This document shows positions 47,499-56,025 of a stretch of 64,000 nucleotides of DNA, one piece after another. Below the pieces are notes generated by a model. It was given only the letters and a program-made list of their open reading frames with translations. It ran no database searches and had not been told where the DNA came from. Origin of the DNA: Candidatus Terrybacteria bacterium RIFCSPHIGHO2_01_FULL_48_17. Lineage in GTDB: Bacteria; Patescibacteriota; Minisyncoccia; Terrybacterales; 2-01-FULL-58-14. The first letter of the stretch is position 1, and every line of letters begins with the position of its first letter. Where the stretch lies: NCBI GenBank assembly GCA_001822835.1, contig MHSS01000015.1, positions 2,113-66,112 of the forward strand. The letters are read 5' to 3'. The position numbers were made by a program, and so were the translations under genes.

Positions 47499-48070
47499 TT
47501 ATCTTGATGCGGAGGTTCGCAAATGAGCGGGTCCTGAATCTTTTTTGCAATCGAGCTAATAGAAATAAGCAATAAGAAAATTCCTGCGATGCCAAATTCC
47601 CCTCCCCCAAAAGGCAAGAGAGCAAGAAGTCCGCTCGCCCCGAGGGTTGCCAGCAAAGAAGTTAAAAGAACAGAACTACACGCCGCACAACCAACACCTA
47701 AAATGCCTGCGATCAGTCCGCCTATACCGGTTGCCGTCCCGCCTCCCACAAAAACGGTCCTGCGTTGCTTAAGATAATATAAGAACATTGCAACATTCAT
47801 TCCAAACAGTAAAGCAACAAGCACCGTGATTGCTGCTGAAAAAAGCGAAAAATTGGTCTGGATGGAGCCCAAAAGCGAAACAAGAAATCCTATTTTAGTC
47901 CCCACCGCAATGCGATTAGAGAATACTACTTGAGCAATAAGACGAAGGTTAGGAAGATATACGGCAAGCATAAAAAACACCGCCGCGATACCTAAAACAG
48001 CAAGCGCCAAAAGCTTGCTGCCAAAAACGAGTTTTAGTGCTGGAATAATAAATACTGTGGGGCCGCGCAT
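47495..48070 (-). CDS. hypothetical polytopic membrane protein with an intramembrane CAAC motif
   Basis: About five TM helices, with GVGCAACSS inside a TM segment. Translationally coupled to dsbA upstream and nadE downstream. Start chosen at ATG 48070; the track start is TTG 48100. Confidence 0.45.
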   Translation of the reverse strand: MRGPTVFIIPALKLVFGSKLLALAVLGIAAVFFMLAVYLPNLRLIAQVVFSNRIAVGTKIGFLVSLLGSIQTNFSLFSAAITVLVALLFGMNVAMFLYYLKQRRTVFVGGGTATGIGGLIAGILGVGCAACSSVLLTSLLATLGASGLLALLPFGGGEFGIAGIFLLLISISSIAKKIQDPLICEPPHQDK

Positions 48071-48074
48071 AATC

Positions 48075-48794
48075 TCATTTCTCCCGGAGAGCAAGCTCAA
48101 TGATCGCTTTCAGCGAAGCATAGGGCTGCGCACCCGAAATGGGAAACATCTTGCCATTCGAGGCCATAACAAGAGTATAGGGAGTTCCGTCTCCTCCGGC
48201 ACTTAAGGCCTCGGCCAGATCTTCTGCAACACGCGAAGCATATTTGCCGCTTTCAAGGCATTGTATAAATGCATCCCGGTTAAGACCAATATCTTGAGCA
48301 ATTTGAGGAAGCTGTGCTAAGTCAAGTCCGTCGTTAGAAGGCGTCACTTCAAGGAGGCGATTAATATAGGCCCAAAATGCATCGTTCCCGCCAAGCTCAT
48401 CGGCGCATTCGCTTGCCTCTGCCTCTTTGGGGGCCTTGGAGTGGAGCGAGGTAAGTGGGAAGTGCCTGTATACCCATCGGGCCTTACCGGCATATTCGCC
48501 AAGCGCCCGTTGCAATGTCTGATGAAAACGCTTACAGAAAGGACACTCCAAATCAGAATATTCAATCACAGAAACCGTCGCACGAGCATCCCCTTTAATA
48601 TGATCTTTCGAAACGTCAATTGGCCGGATTCGAATTTCTCCCCCATCGCCTTGAATTTCTTCTCTTTGATCTAATGCCGCCATTTCCTCCTGTAAAAATG
48701 ATCCGCCGCTGAAATAAAAAGCCGCGGCGACAAGAGCGCCGGCGATAACAATGGATCCGGGAATAAAATAGGCATTGATAGTTTTTAAAAACAT
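48075..48794 (-). CDS. DsbA-family thiol:disulfide oxidoreductase, membrane-anchored
   Basis: CPFC active site in a thioredoxin fold with an N-terminal TM helix. Start at ATG 48794. Confidence 0.7.
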   Translation of the reverse strand: MFLKTINAYFIPGSIVIAGALVAAAFYFSGGSFLQEEMAALDQREEIQGDGGEIRIRPIDVSKDHIKGDARATVSVIEYSDLECPFCKRFHQTLQRALGEYAGKARWVYRHFPLTSLHSKAPKEAEASECADELGGNDAFWAYINRLLEVTPSNDGLDLAQLPQIAQDIGLNRDAFIQCLESGKYASRVAEDLAEALSAGGDGTPYTLVMASNGKMFPISGAQPYASLKAIIELALREK

Positions 48795-48854
48795 AAAATA
48801 GTGCCGCAATGTAATATTTCTATTTGTACCATATACGACCTCAAGCAGCAAATA

Positions 48855-48882
48855 TAAAAAACCGCCGCAGAGGCGGTTTTTA
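48855..48882. terminator. rho-independent terminator
   Basis: aaaaaccgcc-gcaga-ggcggttttt. Confidence 0.7.
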
Positions 48883-48914
48883 TAATCAAAATTAGATCAC
48901 CAACCTATTCTTTC

Positions 48915-49478
48915 CTATTCAAGCTGCACCGAACCTTCAGCTCGGGTACCGCCTTTCATGAACACCTGATAGCGTGCTTGTATTTGATTTCCCAAAATGG
49001 TCCCGTTTACCTCCAAGCGGTCAATCCCCGGCGCTTCAACGCTCGGTGCATTCATGGTAAATTCTCCAGAAGGTTTAATGGATATAGTAAAGTCCCCAAA
49101 AAGGTCGTCGTGGTCAGAGAAATAAAGTTCTGCCGGGCCATATGTGCCAGCAAAGGTTTTGGGATCCGGATCAACTAAACCAAAAACCATCCCTCCCACA
49201 TCTACTGTAAACGAAGCGGCTCCATCAGGATTAACAATGATATTAGCCGAGATACCGCCTTTGGTGCTAAAAGTAGTATTTGTCCACGTTCCCTGCCGTT
49301 CTCCCGCAAAACTTGAGAATTGGTCATATCCTACCGCGGGTTGCAATAGAGGAGCTTCACTGGCGGGCTCTTGTTTTTTCGAGGAGCCGCCCCCACCCGC
49401 TAAAATGATGACCAAAATAAGAAGCGCCCCAGCGGCTATCGTAAAATACAATAAATTCTTTTTTGAGAAGTATTTCAT
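48915..49478 (-). CDS. hypothetical secreted/membrane-anchored protein
   Basis: 187 aa with an N-terminal TM/signal segment and a Gly-rich linker. TATAATAAAGATAT lies immediately upstream of the ATG. Confidence 0.5.
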   Translation of the reverse strand: MKYFSKKNLLYFTIAAGALLILVIILAGGGGSSKKQEPASEAPLLQPAVGYDQFSSFAGERQGTWTNTTFSTKGGISANIIVNPDGAASFTVDVGGMVFGLVDPDPKTFAGTYGPAELYFSDHDDLFGDFTISIKPSGEFTMNAPSVEAPGIDRLEVNGTILGNQIQARYQVFMKGGTRAEGSVQLE

Positions 49479-49525
49479 ATATCTTTATTATATCGTAACA
49501 AGAAAAGGAAAGAAAGCTGTAAAGG

Positions 49526-49900
49526 TTAACTGGCAAGTTTATCTTTAATTTTTTGTACCACATCGTCAAGCTCCCAATCGCTTTTTACAAGATAGTCAGC
49601 CACACCGTATTCCGCTGCTTGGGCAATATTTTCAACGTCATCCAAATTGGTAAGTAATACCACGCGAGCGTTTTTCCCCCAATCATGCTCGCGCAACTTC
49701 TTAAGCATTGCCAAACCATCCATTTGGGGCATAAGGATATCAAGCAATATCAAATCCGGTTTATTTTTAATTGCAGCCCGCAAACCTTCAAAACCATTCT
49801 CCGCGCGCAATGCCTCATATCCCTCCTTTTCGAGCCGCATGATAAGCGACTGGGCGATTAGATCTTCGTCCTCAACAATAAGAATTTTTTGCTCTGGCAT
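49526..49900 (-). CDS. stand-alone response regulator receiver (REC) domain
   Basis: 124 aa with the DD...D(phospho-acceptor)...T...K pattern (LIVEDE, LLDILMP). Confidence 0.85.
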   Translation of the reverse strand: MPEQKILIVEDEDLIAQSLIMRLEKEGYEALRAENGFEGLRAAIKNKPDLILLDILMPQMDGLAMLKKLREHDWGKNARVVLLTNLDDVENIAQAAEYGVADYLVKSDWELDDVVQKIKDKLAS

Positions 49901-50025
49901 AAGGTAAAGGTATAGAAAACAAAACGTATAGTCATTATAACACAGAAGCCCTAGTCAACACCATCTCATAAAGAAATGCTTTTCTGATTTCACAACCATT
50001 GTTGAGCCGGGTTTCTCAATGCGCC

Positions 50026-50958
50026 TTAACGCTCACCATCCAATCCATATAATCTAATAATAAGCTCTTCAACAGGAACTATCTTATAGCCGTCTTGCAA
50101 ATGGAAACGCGCCGCATCTTCAAACGCGGAAAGGTCGCTAGAACTCAAGTTATGAAACACCCATATTGCACCCGGGGCAGTATGTTTTGTGATACGCCCA
50201 AGAACGCCTTCCTTGCTGCTGCCACTGCGCCAACCTGTTGTGTCGCCAAAATCAGGGTATCCTTGAATAGAAATTTTCCCAAGCGTTCCAGCAAGGGTAG
50301 TGATGCGTTCGCCTCCCGCGTACTGGGGTTTTCGGAAAAGAAAGGGCGTAAAACCCGTTACGTCGCGAAAAATCCTATCTGTTTCTTCAATTTCGTAGCG
50401 TGCACGCTCGTCTGAAACATCTGCGAGATTGAGATGCGTTAACGTATGGTTTGCAATACTGTGCCCATCCCGAACGATACGCTGTGTTAGTTCCGGGTTT
50501 TCTACTACCCAGCAACCGGTAAGGAAAAAAGTAAGTGGGATTTTATAGTACGCGGCAATATCAAGAAGTTCGGTAATTCCATATGATCCGCCAGTACCCG
50601 TATCAATAGTAAACGCAACGGCACGAATATCGGGGCTTCCCTTCTCAAGTTCAAATGAGAGAGAAATAGTATCTTTAACTTTTTCTGTACGCTTTTCCAA
50701 AACAGCAATGTTATCGGCAAGATCGCTTCGCTTTTGCTGAATTTCTTCAGGAACAGAAATGTTGCTGCAAGGATTATTTGGTTCAGGAACTTCCGTAAGA
50801 AACGGGATATTAAGCGGCTCGGGAAGCGCCGATTCTTCGGTTTCCGATCGGACAGCTTGGCCCGATTCATCATGGGTATCAAAAGAAAAGGGGGCTCCCA
50901 TGAAAACCGCAAGCCCAAAAATGAAAAGCGCAGCAAGCAAAAGAAAAACGTATTTCAT
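50026..50958 (-). CDS. polysaccharide deacetylase family protein (CE4/NodB homology)
   Basis: N-terminal TM helix. CE4 motifs including HTLTHLNL. Start at ATG 50958. Confidence 0.65.
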   Translation of the reverse strand: MKYVFLLLAALFIFGLAVFMGAPFSFDTHDESGQAVRSETEESALPEPLNIPFLTEVPEPNNPCSNISVPEEIQQKRSDLADNIAVLEKRTEKVKDTISLSFELEKGSPDIRAVAFTIDTGTGGSYGITELLDIAAYYKIPLTFFLTGCWVVENPELTQRIVRDGHSIANHTLTHLNLADVSDERARYEIEETDRIFRDVTGFTPFLFRKPQYAGGERITTLAGTLGKISIQGYPDFGDTTGWRSGSSKEGVLGRITKHTAPGAIWVFHNLSSSDLSAFEDAARFHLQDGYKIVPVEELIIRLYGLDGER

Positions 50959-51183
50959 AATTCGCTTGTCGTCATACCACAAAAAATTCCGCCTTCAGGA
51001 CGGAAGTTATTGAAAGTAATGCATACACTTATTGTTCGGACTCGACTGAATGTGTGCGCTGCCATTGTTCCTCTATTTCTTCTTCTCCGCCCGTTTCTTG
51101 CCGTGCAACAAGCTCCCGTTCCTTTTCAATTATTTGACCGAATTCCCGTCGCATAATTTTTATTATATCATGCCCCCAAGACC

Positions 51184-51212
51184 TTGACAAAAGAAACGAG
51201 TACTAGTATACT
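51184..51212 (+). promoter_or_regulatory. sigma70-type promoter TTGACA-N17-TATACT
   Basis: ccTTGACAaaagaaacgagtactagTATACTg, about 38 nt upstream of ATG 51251. Confidence 0.6.
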
Positions 51213-51250
51213 GCTTCTGATCTTTGAAATACGAACGGAGTAGAACACTG

Positions 51251-52666
51251 ATGCTCATCCTCGCAATCTTTGCTGTCTTAGTGGCGCTTGCCGCAGGACT
51301 TATCGTAAAGCTTGCGCTCGATTTTTTTAAAGTCCCCCTTGAAATCACATGGCTTGAATTTGCAGTAGCTTCATTCGTTATTGCGCTTGTGATCGTTCCA
51401 CTCACCACATGGGCGGGATGGACTATCGCCAAAAACAATAACCTTAGCTTTAACGAATACTGGAATGGCTATGAGCTGCGCGCTGACTGGGAACGCATTC
51501 CTTGCAGTCGCGATGGACCATGTGCCCGCGAGTACGATTGCGATCCCTGGATTCACATCCATACAGAAACCTATACCGATTCGGATGGTAACACGCATAC
51601 GCGAACCTATCCGCATACGCACTATCACTCATGCCCATATACCACCGAGGAATGGACCTTCGGCATTGATACGACCCTTGGATACTACACGATCGCAGAC
51701 CACTGGCTACCCACAGATCCAGATAGGCACCGTTGGCGCTTCAGTGTAAGCGTACCAAGCAAGTTGCCTTCGGGTATTCCCGAATTTTGGCAAGCTGCCA
51801 AAGCGCGTATTGATGCGGGAATACCAGGACCGGTTACGAAACGCATGAAATACGATAATTACATCCTTGCTTCCGACCAAACGATTCTTAAACAGTATAG
51901 CGATAAAATTGAATCGTATCGGAACGAGAAGTTATTGCCCGATGTTACGCATAACATTCGTGACTTTTACTACGCAGACAAGGTGCATTTTATTGGATAC
52001 GCGCCGACAGATCCTAGCGTCTGGCAAAATGCCCTTATGCGGTTAAACGCGGCGCTGGGCACGGAACTTCAAGGCGACCTGCATTTGGTAATTGCACAAC
52101 ATTCTACAATCAATCGCGGGCCCGATGCATACATAACGGCGCTCAAAGCATACTGGGCAAACTCTAAAATGTTTGGCGATGATGCCCTGAGCAAGAATGC
52201 AATTATTGTGGTAGTAGGCACGCAAGATGGAACAACGGTCGCGTGGGCGCGAGCACTCACCGGCATGCCTCTTGGCAATGAAACAATGCTGGTTGCGATA
52301 AAAAATAATCTTAAGGGGGTTCCCTTAACCCCAGAAAGCGTTATCGGAACAACAGAAGGCGAATTTTATACCAAGGAAGACCAAGAGGGCAACAAGAAAA
52401 CAAGGGTTCGCGGACGCCACGGCGATGGAGTGCTCGAACGGATATTGTGGGGATTGAGTGAGTCCGCAACGAAGTTTGAACGAGTTTCGATGACCGGAAC
52501 CGATGCCGATGATATAGGAGGAGGATTCCTCTATCTTGAGAGCGAAATTGAACCAACGTTCTGGCAAAAATTCTGGATCGTATTTGTCTGCTTCTGGCTT
52601 GCGGTTCCGGTATGGGGCGCTTTTGCGCTCATCGGACAACGCTATATCCACGGAAACCGATACTGA
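51251..52666 (+). CDS. hypothetical His-rich membrane protein (DUF2207-like topology)
   Basis: Two N-terminal TM helices, a large exported domain containing HIHTETYTDSDGNTHTRTYPHTHYH, and a C-terminal TM helix. It is paired with a downstream LemA-like gene. Confidence 0.5.
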   Translation: MLILAIFAVLVALAAGLIVKLALDFFKVPLEITWLEFAVASFVIALVIVPLTTWAGWTIAKNNNLSFNEYWNGYELRADWERIPCSRDGPCAREYDCDPWIHIHTETYTDSDGNTHTRTYPHTHYHSCPYTTEEWTFGIDTTLGYYTIADHWLPTDPDRHRWRFSVSVPSKLPSGIPEFWQAAKARIDAGIPGPVTKRMKYDNYILASDQTILKQYSDKIESYRNEKLLPDVTHNIRDFYYADKVHFIGYAPTDPSVWQNALMRLNAALGTELQGDLHLVIAQHSTINRGPDAYITALKAYWANSKMFGDDALSKNAIIVVVGTQDGTTVAWARALTGMPLGNETMLVAIKNNLKGVPLTPESVIGTTEGEFYTKEDQEGNKKTRVRGRHGDGVLERILWGLSESATKFERVSMTGTDADDIGGGFLYLESEIEPTFWQKFWIVFVCFWLAVPVWGAFALIGQRYIHGNRY

Positions 52667-52702
52667 ATCTAGAAAAAAGAAAAGGAGGAGGAACAGAAAA
52701 CC

Positions 52703-53356
52703 ATGAGTAACGGAATAAAAATAGGGCTTCTTGTCCTTGGTGCCGTACTGCTTTTTATCCTAGTCGGAGGATTCTCCTGCTATTCCTGGGTCAACGGCCT
52801 GCGCAACGACGGCATCACGAAAGAACGGGCGCTGTCTGCGCAATATCTTGACAACCAAAACCACCTTTCTGCCTTCATTTCCGGTTTCCATGAGCAAGTG
52901 GGCCTTGCAGAGGCCCAAAGCGACAAGGTCAACACTATCCTTGAGGACGCGGTAAAGGGCCGATACGAAGGACAGGGAGGCGGCTACACGGTCGACTCAC
53001 CCTTCTTCAATGCGATTTTTGAGGCGTACCCCGAGGCAAGCTTGGAGCAGCTCTTGGAAAACTGGGGCAAGATCCAGGATTACGTGGTGGCCCAGCGCGA
53101 AGGGTACCGGAATGTGCAAAGCAAGCTCTTGGACATGATCCGCGAATACGACACATGGCGCGAAACCGGTTTGGTGAAAAGCGCGATGGTGCGGAAGCTT
53201 GGGTTCCCGAGTTCCCGACTTGAGGCGCGCATCGGAGATACCGTAGTTACCGGAGAAGCGGCGCGCGAAAAGATGTTACAGATCGTGCTCACGAAGGCAG
53301 CGAAAGACGCCTATGAAAGTGGCGAAATGGAACCGCTCCAAGTTCCACAACGATAA
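52703..53356 (+). CDS. LemA family protein
   Basis: Strong SD AAAAGGAGGAGG. N-terminal TM helix. LemA-like segments (YSWVNGLRN...; REYDTWRETG...GFPS). Confidence 0.5.
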   Translation: MSNGIKIGLLVLGAVLLFILVGGFSCYSWVNGLRNDGITKERALSAQYLDNQNHLSAFISGFHEQVGLAEAQSDKVNTILEDAVKGRYEGQGGGYTVDSPFFNAIFEAYPEASLEQLLENWGKIQDYVVAQREGYRNVQSKLLDMIREYDTWRETGLVKSAMVRKLGFPSSRLEARIGDTVVTGEAAREKMLQIVLTKAAKDAYESGEMEPLQVPQR

Positions 53357-53362
53357 AAGTAA

Positions 53363-53393
53363 AACACCGGCCCAAAAGGTCGGTGGTTTTTTA
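53363..53393. terminator. bidirectional terminator between the LemA-like gene and tRNA-Asp
   Basis: caccggccc-aaaa-ggtcggtg followed by tttttt. Confidence 0.6.
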
Positions 53394-53394
53394 T

Positions 53395-53472
53395 TGGCGC
53401 GGGTGACCGGATTTGAACCGGCGATCTCCTCCGTGACAGGGAGGCGTGTTAACCGGGCTACACCACACCCGC
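53395..53472 (-). tRNA. tRNA-Asp (GTC), CCA encoded
   Basis: Cloverleaf folded by hand: acceptor GCGGGTG/CACCCGC, D stem GTGT/ACAC, anticodon stem CCTCC/GGAGG, anticodon loop CTGTCAC, T loop TTCAAAT. Total 78 nt. Confidence 0.85.
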
Positions 53473-53513
53473 ACTATAATTACTGTAAAGTGTAAAACGA
53501 AAAGTGACAAGTG

Positions 53514-53960
53514 TTATAAAATGCGCTTGATTACTACAAGGTCCCTACGCAAAAGCCATTCAACAGCCGATGCGTCTTCAACCCTACCCCGCCCTTTTGG
53601 GTGCCACTTTGCATGAATGATTTTGCCTTCCCCGATATACATGGCAACATGACCAATACCCTCCGGAAACATAGGGCTGTAGCGTCCCTGTGTACCATGG
53701 AAGAAAAGAAGGTCGCCCAGCTCTAATCTCTTAAGTTTTTTGGGTACGCGACGACCCATGCCCGCCATCTTCAATGAGGGCCGTGGCAGATCAATGCCGA
53801 TTTTTCGGTAGACAAACTTGATAAAACTTGAGCAGTCGAATCGACTCGGGGCATGAGAAATTTTTGCACCATAGTAATAAGGACGGCCAAGATAACGTTT
53901 TGCTGAACGCACAAGCCGTTGGCGCAATTCTTCTTTTGTTTTTCGTTTCAAAGTGCTCAT
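53514..53960 (-). CDS. NlpC/P60 (C40) family cell-wall peptidase
   Basis: Catalytic Cys in DCSSF and His in GHVAMYIG. Start at ATG 53960 is preceded by AAGGAAGG. Confidence 0.7.
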   Translation of the reverse strand: MSTLKRKTKEELRQRLVRSAKRYLGRPYYYGAKISHAPSRFDCSSFIKFVYRKIGIDLPRPSLKMAGMGRRVPKKLKRLELGDLLFFHGTQGRYSPMFPEGIGHVAMYIGEGKIIHAKWHPKGRGRVEDASAVEWLLRRDLVVIKRIL

Positions 53961-54109
53961 ATTTCCTTCCTTTTCCAAAGCAAAAAACCAGCGCGGTTTA
54001 AATCTTTTCCAGCGAGTCCTCGACGCAAGTTTTCATCGGTCTGGCGGTGGGATCATTAACGCACATATCTATGAAGGCGTGAAAACTTGCGGCGCAGGAC
54101 GAGCGATTA

Positions 54110-54180
54110 TGCCTGGGGAGGGAATCGAACCCTCGTACTACGCTTATGAGACGTATGCTCTTCCATTGAGCTACCCAGGC
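54110..54180 (-). tRNA. tRNA-Met (CAT), elongator type (or tRNA-Ile2 if lysidinylated); no CCA encoded
   Basis: Acceptor GCCTGGG/CCCAGGC with a G1-C72 pair, anticodon loop CTCATAA, T arm GAGGG-TTCGATT-CCCTC. Total 71 nt. Confidence 0.8.
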
Positions 54181-54181
54181 G

Positions 54182-54919
54182 TTATATCTTTTTACACACC
54201 ACCATAAGATTTGTTACAGAACCGTCCGGGAAATCCCCTGCGGAAGGATCCCAACAAACCAACCCGCTTTTTTTAAAAAGATTCATCAGTTTTACCACGG
54301 GGGCAAAGCTCACATCATCAACTGCGCGGCTAAATACCGATGGGAATTGTTGGGCAGACCAAACTACCCCCCGAAGCGCGACGCGATACATTACGGTGCG
54401 CTGGAACCAATAAACGATATTTTGAAAAGCGCATAGTTGCAAAACTTGAAAGCCCTCACGGATAAAAATCTGATGGAGAGCACGCGGATCATAGCGTCGG
54501 TGATGCCCTACAAATTCATCCCATGGTGACCAATACGCCATGTGCGCCGGCACCGAACAAATAAAATAACCATTTGGCTTCAATATTCTTTTAATGTCGC
54601 GTATTGTCGCAACATCATCTTTTATATGCTCCAACACCTCAAAAGCTCCGACGAGATCGAAATTTTCGTCAGGAAACGGCAACGGATGCTGCGCGTCATG
54701 TACGACGGTTAAAGCCCCACGCTGTGCCAAGCGCCGAGCTGCATTTTCACTGGTATCCAAAAAGATGGTTCCTGAAAAAGGTAATTTAGGCCGGATGCCA
54801 GCGCCTATTTCAAGGCGTAATTGTCCTTCGCGAATATATCCTTCTAAGAGCTGCCACGCTGGCCATTGCGATGGCTCGGCAACGGCGGATACCGTATTCC
54901 AATATTGATCGTACTCCAT
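54182..54919 (-). CDS. class I SAM-dependent methyltransferase (type 11-like)
   Basis: LEIGAGIRP motif I. Pattern of the Methyltransf_11/23 families. Confidence 0.65.
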   Translation of the reverse strand: MEYDQYWNTVSAVAEPSQWPAWQLLEGYIREGQLRLEIGAGIRPKLPFSGTIFLDTSENAARRLAQRGALTVVHDAQHPLPFPDENFDLVGAFEVLEHIKDDVATIRDIKRILKPNGYFICSVPAHMAYWSPWDEFVGHHRRYDPRALHQIFIREGFQVLQLCAFQNIVYWFQRTVMYRVALRGVVWSAQQFPSVFSRAVDDVSFAPVVKLMNLFKKSGLVCWDPSAGDFPDGSVTNLMVVCKKI

Positions 54920-55028
54920 GAAAACAAGCTTGCTTACTTATTACGCACGGGGCGGGGAATTACTATAACATCCTACGAGCAGAGCGAGTAGATGCCGTTA
55001 TGAGCATTCTGAACGGAGTGAAGGACTT

Positions 55029-55300
55029 CCTCATGGTAGCCCCTCGTCGCTACGTTCTCCCTCGCGTAACTCGGGACTTCCCCTTCGCTACGCTCAGGAC
55101 TTCGCTACGCTCAGCTTCGGTCGCTCGGGACGCTGAATTTGGCAACCGCGCTACGCGCGGGATTGGTGCCCCCTCGTCACTACGTTCCTCGGGACATTCA
55201 ATTCGGCAGCCCCTCGACAAACTCGGGACACTGAAATTTTCAGGTAGCCCCTCGCTTCGCTCGGGACACTCAAAATTGCAGCCACGCTTCGCATGGGCAA
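55029..55300. repeat. degenerate tandem direct repeats (about 38-41-bp units; core gcccctcg...ctcgggacact(g/c)aaa(a/t)tt)
   Basis: gcccctcg recurs at 55035, 55164, 55205 and 55243. ctcgggac recurs at 55066, 55119, 55184, 55218 and 55256. Confidence 0.6.
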
Positions 55301-55308
55301 TTTTGGTG

Positions 55309-55378
55309 TTGCGGGGGCGGGAATCGAACCCGCTTAGTTGGCTTATGAGACCAACAAGATACCAACCTGCCCCCCGCG
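55309..55378 (-). tRNA. initiator tRNA-fMet (CAT); C1:A72 mismatch; no CCA encoded
   Basis: 5' CGCGGGG and 3' CCCCGCA-A, as in E. coli tRNA-fMet. Anticodon loop CTCATAA, T arm GCGGG-TTCGATT-CCCGC. My hand fold of the D arm is short, so the 5' coordinate may be off by a few nt. Confidence 0.7.
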
Positions 55379-55442
55379 ATGAAAAAGCACCCCCAGGATG
55401 CCTTGATACTATAGCGGAAAAGTCCGGACTATTCAAGCGGAA

Positions 55443-56015
55443 CTATTCCTGTATTATCTGCATTTCCTTAAGGAACGTTTCGTAGTTTAAAATGGCCTGT
55501 TTGGCTTCGTATTCGGAAAGGTAAAATTGAGGATCGTGCACGATGGTATTACGTGTTTTGTGAGCCGCTTGCAATTGCTCTAAAGATGACAGCTGGGCCG
55601 GCTTAATGTTGCCCAGACGCTCCCCCATGGTTTCTCCTAAATGTCCCATGCGGCGCAAAATTGTGTCGCAAAGCTTATCTGCTTCGATAACCGCTAGTTT
55701 CCATTCAGCTTCCGAGCCCTTTTCTAAACGATTCTTGATGCGGGACCAATGTTTAGCAAGACGCGTTGGCTCAACCGGTGCCGTCCGCATGGCTTCACCC
55801 AAGCGCTCCAAGGGACTTGCCCCCATAAGTTTGGAGATACGAAAACTCAAATACACGATCGCGACAAACGCAAGTAAGGAAACAACGCCTGATGTGATTT
55901 TCAACGCCAAGAGTAATTGCGCCGGAAGGGCCTGGCCAAAGACAGGAACCAACGCGCCATTGCCCTTTTTGATAAGGAGGGCGACCTGATTTAAAAGTTC
56001 TAATACAATATCCAT
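55443..56015 (-). CDS. hypothetical membrane protein, occupying the usual gatB position after gatA
   Basis: 190 aa with one TM helix and an alpha-helical C-terminal domain. ATG at 56015 is 10 nt after the gatA stop. Confidence 0.45.
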   Translation of the reverse strand: MDIVLELLNQVALLIKKGNGALVPVFGQALPAQLLLALKITSGVVSLLAFVAIVYLSFRISKLMGASPLERLGEAMRTAPVEPTRLAKHWSRIKNRLEKGSEAEWKLAVIEADKLCDTILRRMGHLGETMGERLGNIKPAQLSSLEQLQAAHKTRNTIVHDPQFYLSEYEAKQAILNYETFLKEMQIIQE

Positions 56016-56025
56016 AAACAATTCA

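Noticed and set aside
53313-54207. Track ORFs 53313-53495 (+) and 53953-54207 (+)
   Set aside because: Both overlap well-formed tRNA genes (Asp-GTC at 53395-53472, Met-CAT at 54110-54180) and have no start signals.
55000-55485. Long overlapping ORFs on both strands (55000-55485 +, 55050-55436 -), read either as a gene or as a CRISPR array
   Set aside because: The ORFs are low-complexity translations of the tandem repeat and run straight through tRNA-fMet. For CRISPR, the units are contiguous and degenerate, with no unique spacers of regular length and no cas genes nearby.
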